Below, in pieces: positions 13,673 to 26,261 of a stretch of DNA of 64,000 bases. The notes beneath the pieces were generated by a model. The model was not told the DNA's origin. It did no database searches and saw only the letters and a list, made by a program, of their open reading frames with translations. The stretch comes from Narcine bancroftii (Eukaryota). Position numbers and translations under genes: made by a program. The stretch spans positions 131,378,001-131,442,000 of the forward strand of contig NC_091476.1 in NCBI RefSeq assembly GCF_036971445.1, written 5' to 3'. The stretch's first letter is position 1. The number at the start of each line of letters is the position of its first letter.

Positions 13673-14769
13673 AGTCTTCAGAAAACTGACGGCAGATGTG
13701 AAACAACTGAAAGGGAACAGTTCAGACAGAGTGCAGGGCTCTTGCCACCCTCCACAAGATCAGGACTGTTATTTTTTTTTGGGGGGGGGGGTGCTTAGTG
13801 TCATCTTTTTGGTCATTACTGCTGTGAGTCAGTTTGCACCAATTTAGTAATGTACATCCTTATGGTGAGTTGTTATATGATACAATAATGTCATTTAAGA
13901 CCAGACTGTAAAACAATACACAGTAACAAATGAAATAACATTCCTCCAAACCATAATGTTACTTACTCATCACGAGATTACAAAAACAACATAAACAACA
14001 CAAAACTACACCATTCCTACACCAGACAAAAGAAAATAAAACACTACACAAGACTGGAACACCCTATATAGTGAATTCAAAAAAAGTGCAAACAATACAG
14101 GAAAAGATGAAAATAAATCTAGACAGTCGTCACAGTGGAGACAAGTTACATTTTCATAGACTTAGATTTTAAAAAAATTAGTAGCATGAAGTGAAGAACC
14201 GCCACCCAGTTCACATGTCCATATGGGCCCACAAGTGATGGAGACCCAACGACCTCCTCGCTGATCCCAAGACGGCACAGCCTCCAGGATGTTTGGGCCA
14301 GGCACTCGACATGGCCGGTCCAGGCTCCCTGACACTTCCACTGCAGAGCACACAGACCTCCAGATCCCCCCCAGTCAGGTGCATGACGCAGCCCGCTCCA
14401 GCACACGTCCGCAAAACCTGCCACAGCATCTCCTCTTCGGCCACTGGCAGCAATCAACGTTGAAGTCTAGAGGACTTGTCCCCATAACAGAGGCCCGATC
14501 ACTGCAGCAGACCAGGCTGAGTCGTCCGCAACTTTCATCCGAAGGTCTGTACCTTATTTTGCGGATCATACACTTCCACAATGTTCTGCCGTCCAATGCT
14601 CATCTATTAAGAATTGTTTCATGGTATCTTACTTAACTGCTGTGGTTATGGCTCCTCTGTTGGGGTTTGCTAGGAAGGGCATCAACCATCAGTGGAGCCT
14701 GGAGCTCAAGATATTCAGAGTGTGCCAAAGTCAAAGAGCAGTGGAACAGACAGCCCGCATGAACAGCCA

Positions 14770-15600
14770 GTCAACTTGCCCCATACGGCCACATTCAGTT
14801 TTGTAAACCTGCCCCACACAGCCACATGCAAAGTCTCAGTTAATCTGCACCACACAGCCACATGCAAACTCAGTAAACCTGCCCCACACAGCCACATGCA
14901 AAGCCTCAGTAAAATCTGCACCACACAGCCACTTGCAAACTCAGTAAACCTGCACCACACAGCCACATGCAAAGTCTCAGTAAACCTGCCCCGCACAGCC
15001 ACATTCAGTCTCAGTAAACCTGCCCCACACAGCCACATGCAAACTCAGTAAACCTGCCCCACACAGCCACATGCAAAGTCTCAGTTAATCTGCACCGCAC
15101 AGCCACATGCAAACTCAGTAAACCTGCCCCACACAGCCACATGCAAAGCCTCAGTAAAATCTGCACCACACAGCCACATGCAAACTCAGTAAACCTGCAC
15201 CACACAGCCACATGTAAAGTCTCAGTAAACCTGCCCCGCACAGCCACATTCAGTCTCAGTAAACCAGTTCCACACAGCCACATACAGAGTCTCAGTAAAC
15301 CTCCATCACACAGCCACATTCAGTCTCAGTAAACCTGCACCACACAGCCACATTCAGTCTCAGTAAACCAGTTCCACACAGCCACATTCAGTCTCAGTAA
15401 ACCTGCACCACACAGCCACATTCAGTCTCAGTAAACCAGTTCCACACAGCCACATACAGAGTCTCAGTAAACCTCCACCACACAGCCACATTCAGTCTCA
15501 GTAAACCTGTCCCACACAGCCACATTCAGTCTCAGTAAACCTCCACCATGCAGTCTCAGTAAACCTCCACCACACAGCCACATACAGTGCCAGTAAACCT
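14770..15600. repeat. Minisatellite, ~30-32 bp unit (CAGTAAACCTGCMCCACACAGCCACATKCARRSTCT), ~26 copies
   Basis: Directly visible tandem array. It produces the repetitive ORFs at 14692-15051, 14715-15038 and 15011-15319. Confidence 0.97.
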
Positions 15601-16757
15601 GAACCTGGAGAAACTCAACCCCTGCCCTGTAGGACAACGGAACTTTGAGTGGATGTGGAAGTCATTCTTCAAACATAGATTTGGAAATTACAGAATCATT
15701 CTTTGCATATGCCAAAAACTGACACATTTCAGACTTTAGCTCACACGTTTCAAAATGCAACAAAACCTTCAGTCTGCCTATTTTAAAGTCATGTAATACC
15801 TCTGTGCATATGCCCTGATTACTGCTTATTTGAAGGGGGGGGGGGTTTCAAATTACTTCTTATTTCAAACCAGTATTACGCACAAAAATACTGTCTGCAG
15901 TGCCAGCAACGTATAATCAGTTTATTGCTTAGCAATCTCACTGAATTAGCACTGCATAATCCACACATGCATTTCTGCAGGTTAGCCCACCATGGCATCT
16001 TACTAAAATTGCGTCTACACTACAGATGGTGATCAGGGTGTTCCAGAATGAAAGCTGTGTCAAGCAGGTGAAACCTCTCGAAGGTTTCCAGAATGTAGAC
16101 TTATTTTGAGCTGTGATCTCAGCAGACATCAATTCCAATTTATACCCAGTCCTTGACCCGCCGATACAGATCTCCTTCACATCTCCAGCTGTGACAACTA
16201 GCCCCAATACTAATCGTTCCACAGAACCCCAAATAAATGACGTTAATCAGGAGACATTCATGGGGTTGTCATTTATTTGCCTCACTAATTTCACCTTGAA
16301 CTAAGGAGTTTGTTATCAAAGAGGATAAAAAGGAAATCTCGTGGGGAAAGGGGTTGCCCTATGGTCCAGCATAAATTCAATGGGGTGAATGGGCTCACGA
16401 AAGGATACAAGAAAACGTGGGAAATGGGATGGATGGGCAGTGAAGGAGAGTCTATATTTGAATGGTCAGATTTTTGAACTCCAAGGACACAAGGGCCTTG
16501 TAAATCTTTATTGCACTGTTTCTGATTGAGTACTATTCTCTCGAAAGTAAGGCAACCAGACTGCACACGGTATCCCCACAGTAACACATATAGCTGAAGA
16601 AAACTAATGACATGGTCCACGTGTAACAGAGCATACGAAACCCACATGCACAAACCCAAATTGATCTGTAAAGAGGCAATGAACATTTGTGCATTTGCTA
16701 CAGACTTTCATGTTTCTCTGGAATGTCCTGTTAGCATTTGGCATCTTGAAGTGAAAT

Positions 16758-17712
16758 AGATTTCAGGTTTATTGTCAGAGTACATACATGACATCATATA
16801 CAACCCTGAGATTTATTTTCCTGCGAGTGAGACAGAATTACCACTTATTGGTGGTGCAAAAGAGCTGCACTCAATGTGCACACGTAAACAAAGAGAACTG
16901 TAAACAGATAATAAATGTAAACAAACTGAGTGTGCAATACAGAGAGGATTTTTAAAAATATCAATAAAGTGTACAAGTAAGAGTCCTTAAATGAGTGGGC
17001 TTGCTGTTGAGGATTCTGACACTTCTCCTGAATCTGGTGGGGGGTGGTGCGCTGGATGGTGTAGATCCTTGATAATTGCTGCTGCTCTCGGACAGTAGCA
17101 TTCCCTGTCGGGTTTTGCCTGTGATGTTTTGGGCTGTGTCTATTAGCTTTTGCAGGGGTATTGTTGTCCATACCAAACTATAATGCATCCAATCAGCACA
17201 CTTTCCACCACGCATATGTAGAAATTTGTCAGGGGTTCCAATGTCATACCAGGCCTTGCAAACTCCTGAGAAAGTAGAGGCGCTGATATGCTTTCTTTGC
17301 AATGCCATTAGAGCGTCGAGTCCAGGAAAGATCCTCCGAGATATTGACTCCAAATAACTTAAATTTGCTCACCCCTTCTACCTCTGATTCACCCAATGAT
17401 CATTGGATTGTACACTTTCCGTTTATCCTCAAGTTAAAAATCAGCTCCTTAGCTTTAGTGGCATTGAGTGCGAGGTTGTTGTTGGTGCACCATTCGGCCA
17501 AGTTTTCAATCTCCCTCCTGTTCACCCCTTTTTCTACTGTGGGATCATCAGCAGATTTGTAGATGGTGTTAAAGTCGTACCGAGCCACACAGTCATAGGT
17601 GTTGAATAGGGGTGTGGTGCTCTAGTACTGATGGAGATTATGGAGATGTTCTCACTGATTGTGGTCTGGAGGAGCAGAAATCCAGGATCCAATTACATAA
17701 TGGGGTGTTCCC
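16758..17712 (-). mobile_element. Rex1/Babar-type LINE, 3' portion
   Basis: Minus ORFs IYKSADDPTV..EIENLAEWCTNNNLALNATKAKELI (FADD RT core). Also KLIDTAQNITGKT. The 3' tail tgtatgtactctgacaataaacctgaaatct is shared with 35750-35790. Confidence 0.85.
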
Positions 17713-18667
17713 CACAAGTGTCTGGATTAAATTCCATCTGCCATTGTTCCATCCAACATTCCAACTTATCCATGTCCTTCTGCATCCCTTTACAAGAAAC
17801 TTTGCCATCTGGTCCCAGCACAATTTCTGCAGCGTACAACTGGTTACAGTGGAGCTCAGCCAGTTTCATTGTGTTAAAAATCCTTCCAACAGATGTGAAA
17901 CATCACAGCAATAATTACAAATTCATCCTTTGACATTGACCCTGACTGCCCCTGCAGAGTGTGTACAGTGCTAACAAGTGTAATTTATACGTCATCTCGC
18001 TAATAATGCTTTTCTGCAGAGACATTATTACCAAACGCTCCTGTTTCTCAAATGGAAACAAACACTTGCCCAGCATGTGATATAATGTAGATTGAGGAAA
18101 TTGTAGAATGGATATGTGGGACTTTAAGTTAATCGACCGGAAAAGTGCATCAACACATTGCAAGGGCTTTGCTCGGGTGTGTCCAATCAATGTCCGTTAT
18201 GATACAAGATGCCGCAGGCATCGTAGTGGATTGGAGAGTGCTGCCGTACTCATTACTGCTTTCAAATATGCAGAACCGCTGTTCAGGAAAGGCTGCCCTC
18301 ATATTAAAACCACACTTTTCCTCACAGTTACTTGTCATCAAAGAAACAAAAGCAAATTACTAATAATTTGACTAATCTGTTTCCATGGCACCATTGCAAC
18401 ATCAGCCCACCTGCAGACACATCATTTTTCTCCCCCTCGGCTAATAAGCAAGAGCCTGTTAACAGAACCCAAAGCCGTCACCAGAGGACCTCTGTTAACA
18501 ACACCACCCCAATTACACAAAGAGTACACTGCATCTCAGAAAGCGGTGATGTGCTGTCCAAATCCCAGATGAACTGAGTGCAGATAAAATCTGATGTCTG
18601 ATTAATCAGCTGTCATAAAATTAATTTGTGAGTGGGCGTGTGTATTCCATCTCTACAGATGTAACAT

Positions 18668-18900
18668 GGGTGGCATGATTAGTGTGATGGCTAGCGCAAT
18701 GCTGTTAGAGCACCAGCGACCAGGGTTCAAATCTGGCACTGTCTGTTAGGAGTTTCTATATTCTCTCCGTGTCTGTGGTTTTTCTCCAGTTTCCTCCCAC
18801 CCCCAAAAACATATGGGGGTTGTAGGTGAATTGGGTGTAAGTAGGTGGCATGGTCTTGTTGCCCAGAACGCCATGTTACCATGTTATATGTCTAAATTTT
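18668..18900 (+). mobile_element. V-SINE copy
   Basis: tRNA-like head with B box GGTTCAAATCT and core ggagtttctatattctctccgtgtctgtgg..tttcctcccac. Confidence 0.75.
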
Positions 18901-19769
18901 TTTTTTAATTATGAGAATGTTGGATAGAAGAGATAATCACACACATTTAGCAACCCAAAACGGTAACCACAGTTGCTGGCTGATTTGCAGAAACTTCCTG
19001 GCATTTGGCTTATTTTGGATTTCCACTGCATGTAACTTCAATGTGATATAGATTTCAAATTCCCACATGTATTACTGAGACTGAGAATCTCCATTAGCTA
19101 ATTGCACTCTCTCAGTGATGTACTTTAACCAAATGAAGTCAGCAGTGCGCAACACGATTGATTAACTCCTGTCCATTGCTGACCCCAGCTATAATGGTCT
19201 GGCTTTTTCCACAGCTCAAAGTAAACCCAGAGGACCGATAGAGTCAAGAACCACCAAGGGAAATGAGGTTAAAGAATCGTCAAGCTTGGCCTAAAATTTT
19301 AAGTCTCTTGATACCATTTGAAATGTTAACATGACAAAGTTGTATGCCAAATGTGAAGTCAGTATTCACTGAAGAAAATCTATTGATCCCAACAGGTACA
19401 GTTGAAAGTTTCTCCAATGCCTCAACTCCCATCTCACTTCCTCTCAATCCTCACTACAGCTGAAACCTCTAAGCATTCCTTGTTCTGACAAACATCCTGA
19501 TAGAGCAGTCAGATTATTCTCTGTCCAACACATCAGACAGGCTGCCTATAGCATCAGCCTTCCCTATTAAACTTTATTTATTTGAAGAATCATTAGTAGT
19601 ATACAGAATACATACCATAAAGAAAAACAATAAAAAAACACAAAAAGAAAAAAAAAATTAAAAAACCAAAAAGTTAAATCAAATCCCCACCCAACCTCCC
19701 ACCCCGTCAGCCAGCTCTCTTAAGGAGAGCCAAAAATATATAAATAGAAACTAAGAATATATAATAAAT

Positions 19770-22700
19770 CAAAATATATCTAAATGCATATATTCCAAAT
19801 ATGGTAATCATTTATTAACCAAAAAAATTATCATGCAGATTATATGTAATTTTTTCCATAACAATACAAGCTTTCAATACATTTTGCCATCGCATTACAT
19901 TAATCACTATGTTATCTTTCCATGTATTTGCTACACATTTTCGAGGTACAGACAATGCTAAATATATAAATGCAATTAGAAATTTATCCAACCCTAATCC
20001 CTTTAAAGGAATCATATAACCCATTAAAAAAAATAGATGGATCTAATGGTAACTTAAAGTTATATAATTTTTCCAAAATTAACTTAATTTCATCCCAGAA
20101 TGGTTGTACATACACACAAGACCAAACAGCATGTAAAAAAAAAAATCCGAATTACTAAAACCATATTTTTTCAATTTCTCTGGGTTTAAATACAACTGAT
20201 GTAAAAAGTTATAATTAACCATTCCATCCCGCACATTCGTCAATTTAGTAACACTATCATGACACGTATCTGCCCAGTAGTCTTCAGGAAAAACAAAAGC
20301 TAAATCATTTTCCCATTTAAGCTTAGACTTCTCCCATTCCAGTTTATCCATATTGTCTTGTAATACTTGTTACATAACAGAGATATAACCCCTTTTTGGT
20401 ATAGAAGAAATCAAAGACTTGAATTCTGTCAATACAGGTAAAATCATCTCTCTACCATACATATTTTTCATCAAAGCTCGGTTTTTCAGCAATATCAAAA
20501 TGCTCTTTAAAAGAAATAAACTGTCCTTCTACAAAACAATCCTGTAAAGTTTTTACACCCTTAGAATCCCAGCTCTTTAAATGACTATTAAACATTGAAA
20601 AATAAATAAGCCGATTGTTATATAATGGAGTTAAAATTGACAATTTACCTTTTGATCCTAAATCATTTTTTTACTCCATAGTTTTAATAGATGTTTTAAT
20701 ATCAGCATATATTCCCTCAACAAATTTACATTCCATCAAAATTTAAATTGATACACCTCGACTTCAGAAATATAGCCCAACTGAGGCGTTGGTCCAAATC
20801 TATCAGTCTACTAATAAATTTCAACTGGGCTGCTTCATAATAATTTTGAAAATGGGGTAAATTGAAGCCCACCTAACGTATACTTCCAAGTAAGTTTATA
20901 TAATGCTACCTGCGGTAATTTACCTTTCCATAAAACTTCTCTCATAACTTTATTTAAATCCTGAAAAAAAAAAACTTTTGAAAGAGAACACGGTATTGAT
21001 TGAAATAAATATTGAATACGTCAAAAAATATTCATCTTAATACAATTAACTCGACCAATTAAAGTTAACGGAAGATCTTTCCACTTAATTAAATCTGCTT
21101 TAATAAAGGAACAATTAACTTATATAAAGATTGATCCTCAGTATTTACAATTATTCCTAAATATTTAATTTTATCAGACCATTTCAGTTTTATAATGTTT
21201 TTATACACTGAATAATCTCCTTCTCCGACTGGCAAAATTTCAATCTTGTTCCAGTTAACTTTATATCCAGATAATGTTCCATATTGAAATAAACATTCCT
21301 CCAAATGTGGCAATGATTTTCTAGGTTTGTTAAATATATCAAAACATCATCTGCAAATAAATTAATCTTATACTCTTCATCCATAACTCTCATCTCTCTT
21401 ATCTGTTCATTCTGCCTTATTGTTCAATAGCCAATGCAAACAGAGCTGGTGACAATGGACAGCCTTGTCGAGTTGAACACATCAATTTAAATGATGATGA
21501 AACTTGACCATTTGTCACCACCCTAGCAGTCAGGTTCGTATATAAAGTTTTAACCCAACCAATCAAAAAAGGGCCAAATTCAAACTTCTCCAATACTTTA
21601 AATTAAAAAATCCCATTCGACCCTGTCAAAGGCTTTTTCCGCATCAAGCGCAACCAGCATTGGATGGTTGGGCTGCTGTCAATAGGCATTGACCAAACTA
21701 ATCAATAAAAGAATGTTATCTGAAGCATTTCTATTTTTAATAAAACTTGTTTGATCAACATGTATCAATTTAGGTAAATACTTAGCAAGTTGATTTGCTA
21801 ACACTTTTGCTATAATTTTATAGTCGACATTCAATAAAGAAATAGGTCTATACGAAGACACTTTCAACGGGTCTCTATCTATTTTTGGGATTACAGTAAT
21901 TAAAGCACTAGAGCAAGATTCTGGTAACTCATGCTGTTCAGTCACTTGTTGTAATAGCTCCTCAAACACAGAAGATAAATCTTCATAAAAAGTTTTATAA
22001 AATTCCACCGAAAACCCATCGTCCCCTGGTGACTTCCCATTGGGCATTTCCAACATAGCTGCCTTAATCTCTAATTCTGTAAATGGAGCTCCCAGATCCA
22101 TAACATCCTCCTCTTCTAATGCTGATAACGTTAACTTAGATAAATAAGAATCAATAGAATAAAATGAATAAAACTGGTCATTAATTTCCTGAGGTTTATA
22201 GGTAACTGCTGAATTATTTTTTACAGCATTAATAGTCCGTGAAACCTGTTCCATCTTTAACTGCCATGCAAGTATCTTATGTGCCCTCTCACCTAACTCA
22301 TAATAACACTGCTTAGATCGATTAATTAAACATTCAAATTGATGTCTGCAATGTATTATAGCACAATTTCAGTTTATTCAATGCCACTTTTCTTTATCTT
22401 CTGTCACTTCCTTCTGAAATTCCTTCTCCATTTCATCAATTTGCTTTTCTAATTCTAAACTTTTTGCCATATATTGCTTCTTAACTTTAGTGGTAAAGCT
22501 AATAATCTGTCCTCTTAAATAAGCTTTTAATGCATCCCATAACACAAAATGACTTTCTACTGAATTAGCATTCTCAGACAAAAAGTAATGTTTTTTTCAA
22601 CATTATGTTAAATCTCCATCTATAAGATGAACGTACCACTTCTGAACTTACTGAAGAAAAAAATAATAAAGAATGATCTGATATAACCCTGCTTTTATAT

Positions 22701-23989
22701 TCTCCCTTTAGTACCCTTGTAAACATGCTGATACCAAAAAAGTCTATTCTAGAAAATGAATCATGTCGAGATGAGTAAATGGAAAAATCCTTCTCTGTAG
22801 GATTATCCCTTCGCCAAATATACAGAGCCGTTGTCATACCCACACTCCTGTTCGGCTCCGAATCATGGGTCCTCTACCGGCACCACCTACGGCTCCTAGA
22901 ACGCTTCCACCAGCGTTGTCTCCGCTCCATCCTCAACATCCATTGGAGCGCTTACACCCCTAATGTCGAAGTACTCGAGATGGCAGAGGTCGACAGCATC
23001 GAGTCCACGCTTATGAAGATCCAGCTGCGCTGGATGGGTCACGTCTCCAGAATGGAGGACCATCGCCTTCCCAAGATCCTGTTATATGGCGAGCTCTCCA
23101 CTGGCCACCGTGACAGAGGTGCACCAAAGAAAAGGTACAAGGACTGCCTAAAGAAATCTCTTGGTGCCTGCCACATTGACCACCGCCAGTGGGCTGATAA
23201 TGCCTCAAACCGTGCATCTTGGCGCCTCACAGTTTGGCGGGCAGCAACCTCCTTTGAAGAAGACCGCAGAGCCCACCTCACTGACAAAAGGCAAAGAAGG
23301 AAAAACCCAACACCCAACCCCAACCAACCAATTTTCCCTTGCAACCGCTGCAATCGTGTCTGCCTGTCCCGCATCGGACTTTTCAGCCACAAACGAGCCT
23401 GCGGCTGACGTGGACTTTTTACCCCCTCCATAAATCTTCGTCCGCGAAGCCAAGCCAAAGAAATATCCACCAAATTTAAATCCTTCATCAAGGCCCCAAT
23501 TTGTATCGCCATCTTTGATTTCTTTATACTTTTTGGGGATCTATCCAGAAAAGGATCCAAGACACAATTAAATCTCCCCCAACTAAAATATTTTCATTAG
23601 CTTGGTTTAATAACAAAAAAGTATCTGAAATAAAACATTCATCGTCCACGTTAGGTGCATAAACATTAAGCAAAGTCCAAGATTCAGTAAAAATTTTACA
23701 ATTTACCCTTAAAACCCTTCCAGCATTCCCTTCCATAGTTTGCAATTCAAAAAGCAAATTCTTATGAATTAAAATTGCTACACCCCTTGCCTTAGAATTA
23801 AATGAAGAAAAAAACCACATGCCCCATCCAATCTCTCTTCAACTTCAAATGTTCTTTTTTAGTTGAATGTGTTTCTTGTAAAAAGGCAATATCAATTTTC
23901 ATTTTCTTGATACAAGCCAAAACTTGTTTTCATTTAATCGGGTTATTTAACCCCTGAACATTAAAAGTTGCAAATTTCAAATTAGACAT
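19770..23989 (-). pseudogene. L1 ORF2 pseudogene (APE endonuclease, reverse transcriptase, C-terminal domain), interrupted by an RTE insertion
   Basis: Start MSNLKFATFNVQGLNNPIK at 23989. Motifs RGVAILIHK, LLNVYAPN, LVGGD, SRIDFF, SDHS, KSPGDDGFSVEFYK, YRPISLLNVDYKIIAKVLAN, LDAEKAFDRVEW, RQGCPLSP, LFADDVL, IKYLGI. Many stops and frameshifts. Confidence 0.92.
22822..23460 (+). mobile_element. 5'-truncated RTE-clade LINE inserted antisense into the L1 endonuclease
   Basis: Open frame YRAVVIPTLLFGSESW..FHQRCLRSIL..QLRWMGHVSRMEDHRLPKILLYGEL..CNRCNRVCLSRIGLFSHKRAC (RTE ORF C-terminus). Tail AAGCCAAGCCAAAG. TSD aaatat at 22816-22821 and 23461-23466. Confidence 0.93.
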
Positions 23990-24329
23990 CCTTATAAACT
24001 AACAATATAATCACTTACTACAAAATATTGCTTCACTTCTAGTAACTTAAAACCACTAAATATTTTTTTAAAAGTATATAAAACAATTTAAATATCCCCT
24101 CCCCAAAACTACCCAAAGGTAGTAACGCCCTAAAAATCTGGAAGTGGTAAACCCCACTAGTGGCAGATGACTATCAAAGATTTCAGTGCTATCCACCTCC
24201 CCCTCTCCCCCAGCCAGAAATACATCATTCATATCAATACGATCAGGTACTGTAAATATATTCAACCCAATGACTCCATTCCCAATGATTGTTCCAGATC
24301 TTCAATGTAATAAGACTTTGTGTTAAAAG

Positions 24330-25823
24330 TTCTTTCTTTCCATTTTCCCATTCTGTCCATTTCCATTTGCCCTCTTTTTAAGCAACGGTGGCAAAACTCT
24401 TCCATGTCCTCACAAATCCAGTAATGAATTTATCAAAAATGAATGCATCATGATCATTCTCAAAAAATTGAGATTGAAAGTTGCCATAAAAGACTTTTAA
24501 CATAACAGGATATCAAAAAGCAAATTTATAACCCTTCTTTAGTCGAATTTAATTTCCGTCATCGCCTAATAATTTCTTGACTCAAATCTGCGTTAAAAAA
24601 TACTCTGTTATTCTGGATCATCATAGGAGATTGACTTTGTCGGGCCTTCTGTCCCGCCAACCGTAGTATCGTTTCTGTGTCTTGATGGTTCAGGCACTGA
24701 ACTAAGACCGCTCGTGGTGGTTGTCCCGGTAACGGTTTCTTTCTAAACGCTCTATGTGCTCTCTCCAATACTATACTAAACCGTCTGAAAAAAAGACTTT
24801 GCCCAACACCTCGGGAATCAAATTCTTGAAAAAATTTATTGGATCAGACCCTTCAATATCTCCTGGAAGACCCACAATTTTCACATTGTTTCTCTGACTT
24901 TGATTTTCCAATGAATCAATTTTTTTTTCAGTAAGTCTTTCTTCTAGATTCCCCAATCCACAAACGAATCTTCCATTTTCTTTATTTTTTTTCCTTGTTA
25001 TATTCAACTTGAATTTTACACTCAGAAAAAGATGTTTCAATTTTTAAAAAACTTTCTTGCACTGTATCCACTGATTTAATACATTTACTGACATCCCTCT
25101 TAACTGTAGATATATCTTCAAACATATTAGATATTTTAGTTGCCACATCCAGAAATCCTTGAGTCATTTGTTTAAAACGTATTGTCCATTTGATAGGCAA
25201 TCCCTTCAAAGACTGTGCAAACAGACTCCATTCCAGGTTCCAATTCCACATTTTGAGGCCTACCTTCTCTAGACTCCACCTCCAATTGTTCCCGTGAACT
25301 GCTCGTTAAAGGTAAGTCTTCCTCTTCTTCCAGCGTTGTCGGGCCCTTCCTAGTGTGGCTGTGGGTCTGCACACCCGACGGTGGCATCCTGACCACATTG
25401 GGACGCCACCGCTCGGGCCCCCCCCACAGCCCACACACGGTCCAGTAGCTCACGGACACTTGAAGCACTGCGCATTCCTGGCAAGGCCAGGGACTGCACA
25501 GAGGTGGCTTCCGTCGCCATTCTGCACGTCCCCGGCCTATCCGACGGCAGCACGGGCTCTTCTCTCAGCTGGGTCGCCCGCACGCTCGACATCGCGAACG
25601 CACGGATTGACTCCAGCCAAACTAGTCATCGTGCCCCCTCCATCTTGTGGAGACAAGGTTGACGCCGGTATAATACTCAGCCTGGCAGGAGTTCTCTGTG
25701 CCTTGGAGGTTCCAAACGACAATTCCGTGGCTTCAGTTGAACAGGTAGGCCTCAATTCTTCAGCACTTTTAAAAGGTAATTTCTTCTCTAATTGAACTTT
25801 TGTTTTTTAACATTAGTCGCCAT
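24330..25823 (-). pseudogene. L1 ORF1 pseudogene (Transposase_22-type RNA-binding protein)
   Basis: Motifs KIDSLENQSQRNNVKIVGLPGDIEGSDP, ERAHRAFRKKPLPGQPPRAVLV and RVFFNADLSQE. Probable start ataATGG at 25823. Frameshifted; the 3' boundary is approximate. Confidence 0.85.
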
Positions 25824-25942
25824 TATGACCCACTAATGTTCCCAAAAATAAAGATACAACTTTTAATCACTTACATAAATTTTAAAGACGGGTGCTTAAA
25901 AAAACTGGCTGAGGAAGGGTGGTATCGCACATCTGCCCTCTA

Positions 25943-25971
25943 CGCCATCTTGCCACGCACCCCCCCCCCCC
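25943..25971 (-). promoter_or_regulatory. L1 5'-terminal G-run plus YY1-type motif (CAAGATGGCG)
   Basis: The minus strand begins G12-TGCGTGGCAAGATGGCG a few bases inside the TSD. Human L1 begins GGGGGAGGAGCCAAGATGGCCG, where this motif is the YY1 site. Confidence 0.6.
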
Positions 25972-26261
25972 AAATCATCTGCCTTCCCTTCTATGTTACT
26001 GCTTGCTAGGAACCAACCACAGAGTTGTAGCCCCTGAATGAAGAAGATCAGCAGTCTTTTTAACTCCAGTGCATTATCATAGTAGTCTGGTTTTTATGGC
26101 AGTCCAATAGATTTATGGCAATAGTTATCAAAGCTTGCCTTGTTTTAACTTACCAATATTTAAACTCCACAACTTAATCTCAAGACTTTGAATCGCATTC
26201 TGGAGCCTTTCCCTTGGGCCCACAAACAACCCTTGCAACACTGTAACCTCTAAATCTACCA

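Larger units (their letters stand above)
19566..25975 (-). mobile_element. Full-length decayed L1-clade LINE
   Basis: ORF1 and ORF2 remnants lie in the correct order. Flanked by a 14-bp TSD with one mismatch: catcagccttccct (19552-19565) and catctgccttccct (25976-25989). AATAAA at 19573-19578 (-), a T-rich 3' UTR, and a 5' G-run followed by CAAGATGGCG. Confidence 0.93.

Noticed and set aside
14770-15600. Regular ~30-bp repeats resembling a CRISPR array; repetitive His/Cys-rich ORFs
   Set aside because: The units are head-to-tail with no unique spacers, there are no cas genes and the context is eukaryotic. The ORFs are by-products of the minisatellite.
22779-23408. 209-aa ORF as a host gene
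   Set aside because: It is the C-terminus of an RTE LINE ORF fused by chance to an ATG in antisense L1 sequence.
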